Assembly (NCBI GenBank): GCA_963920595.1
Contig: OY986946.1
Location: 2,170,001-2,234,000 of the forward strand
Length of the DNA: 64,000 nt
Direction of reading: 5' to 3'
Origin: Eimeria praecox
Lineage: Eukaryota
Part shown: positions 63,676 to 64,000 of the stretch, piece after piece
Numbering within the stretch: the stretch's first letter is position 1
Layout: every line of letters begins with the position of its first letter
Translations under genes and position numbers: made by a program
Notes under the pieces: generated by a model
Told to the model about the DNA's origin: nothing
The model's input: only the letters and a program-made list of their open reading frames with translations
Databases searched by the model: none

Positions 63676-63750
63676 ACATAATAGCACATAACATTACCTG
63701 TCTCAGTATTTCTTCTTCTTCAATCGCATTCTCTGGTAGATCGCCTCCTT
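59032..63750 (-). CDS. HhH-GPD-like DNA glycosylase superfamily protein. 5' end is upstream or outside the window. Exons 63698-63750, 62829-62948, 61827-61898, 61367-61476, 60100-60675, 59468-59582, 59032-59121
   Basis: Spliced frame: [12 protein letters not shown]...[31 protein letters not shown]...GSFPSPSDL...[14 protein letters not shown]...[32 protein letters not shown]...[27 protein letters not shown], an HhH-like LxGFGxF motif and a downstream Asp are as in AlkA/OGG1-like glycosylases. Confidence 0.75.
60440..60560 (-). repeat. Coding 21-nt tandem repeat (EEEEERK)n within a charged insertion of the glycosylase-like gene
   Basis: Translation [39 protein letters not shown]; + strand unit ttcttcttcttcttttctttc. 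Confidence 0.85.
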
Positions 63751-64000
63751 CTACGATAATACTAAAATATAAAAAATAGAAAAATAAAATAAGATAAAAT
63801 AAGATAAAATAAAACAAATAAAATAAAATAAAATACAACTCAATCAAAAAAATAAAATAAATTTAAAAACAAAATAAGAAAACAAGAGAAAAAAATAAAA
63901 AACAAAATAAACAAACAGAGAGAAACAAAGATAGTCAGCAGCAGCAACGTATGCTGCAGCAGCACCTGCTGCTTCTTCCTTAAGATGAGCAGCAGCAGCA

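Overview
Intron-rich, very AT-rich eukaryotic DNA from a coccidian apicomplexan, most likely Eimeria or a close eimeriid. The evidence is abundant CAG/CTG triplet tracts, interstitial telomere-like (AAACCCT)n arrays, TGCATGCA octamers, histone H2B.Z and an apicoplast-type PDH E2. I spliced nine protein-coding genes by hand: a uridine phosphorylase-like NP-I enzyme (5' truncated, +), a ~27-exon CCp1/CCp2-type LCCL adhesin (-), mago nashi (+), H2B.Z (-), apicoplast PDH E2 (+), a divergent GAS8/DRC4 (-), DIM1 (+), an ADAL/MAPDA-type deaminase (+) and an HhH-type DNA glycosylase-like gene (5' truncated, -). Most entries in the ORF track are microsatellite artefacts. The most unusual signal is in the glycosylase-like gene, where four introns hold about ten diverged copies of the adjacent exon ends, most with their splice sites. 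Next is a dispersed palindrome (GGTGTAYRTACACC-like) found upstream of genes, inside exons and at several splice sites. There is also a strong strand rule, with sense-CAG in exons and sense-CTG in introns. All gene models come from manual translation and remembered family motifs, with no database search or RNA evidence.
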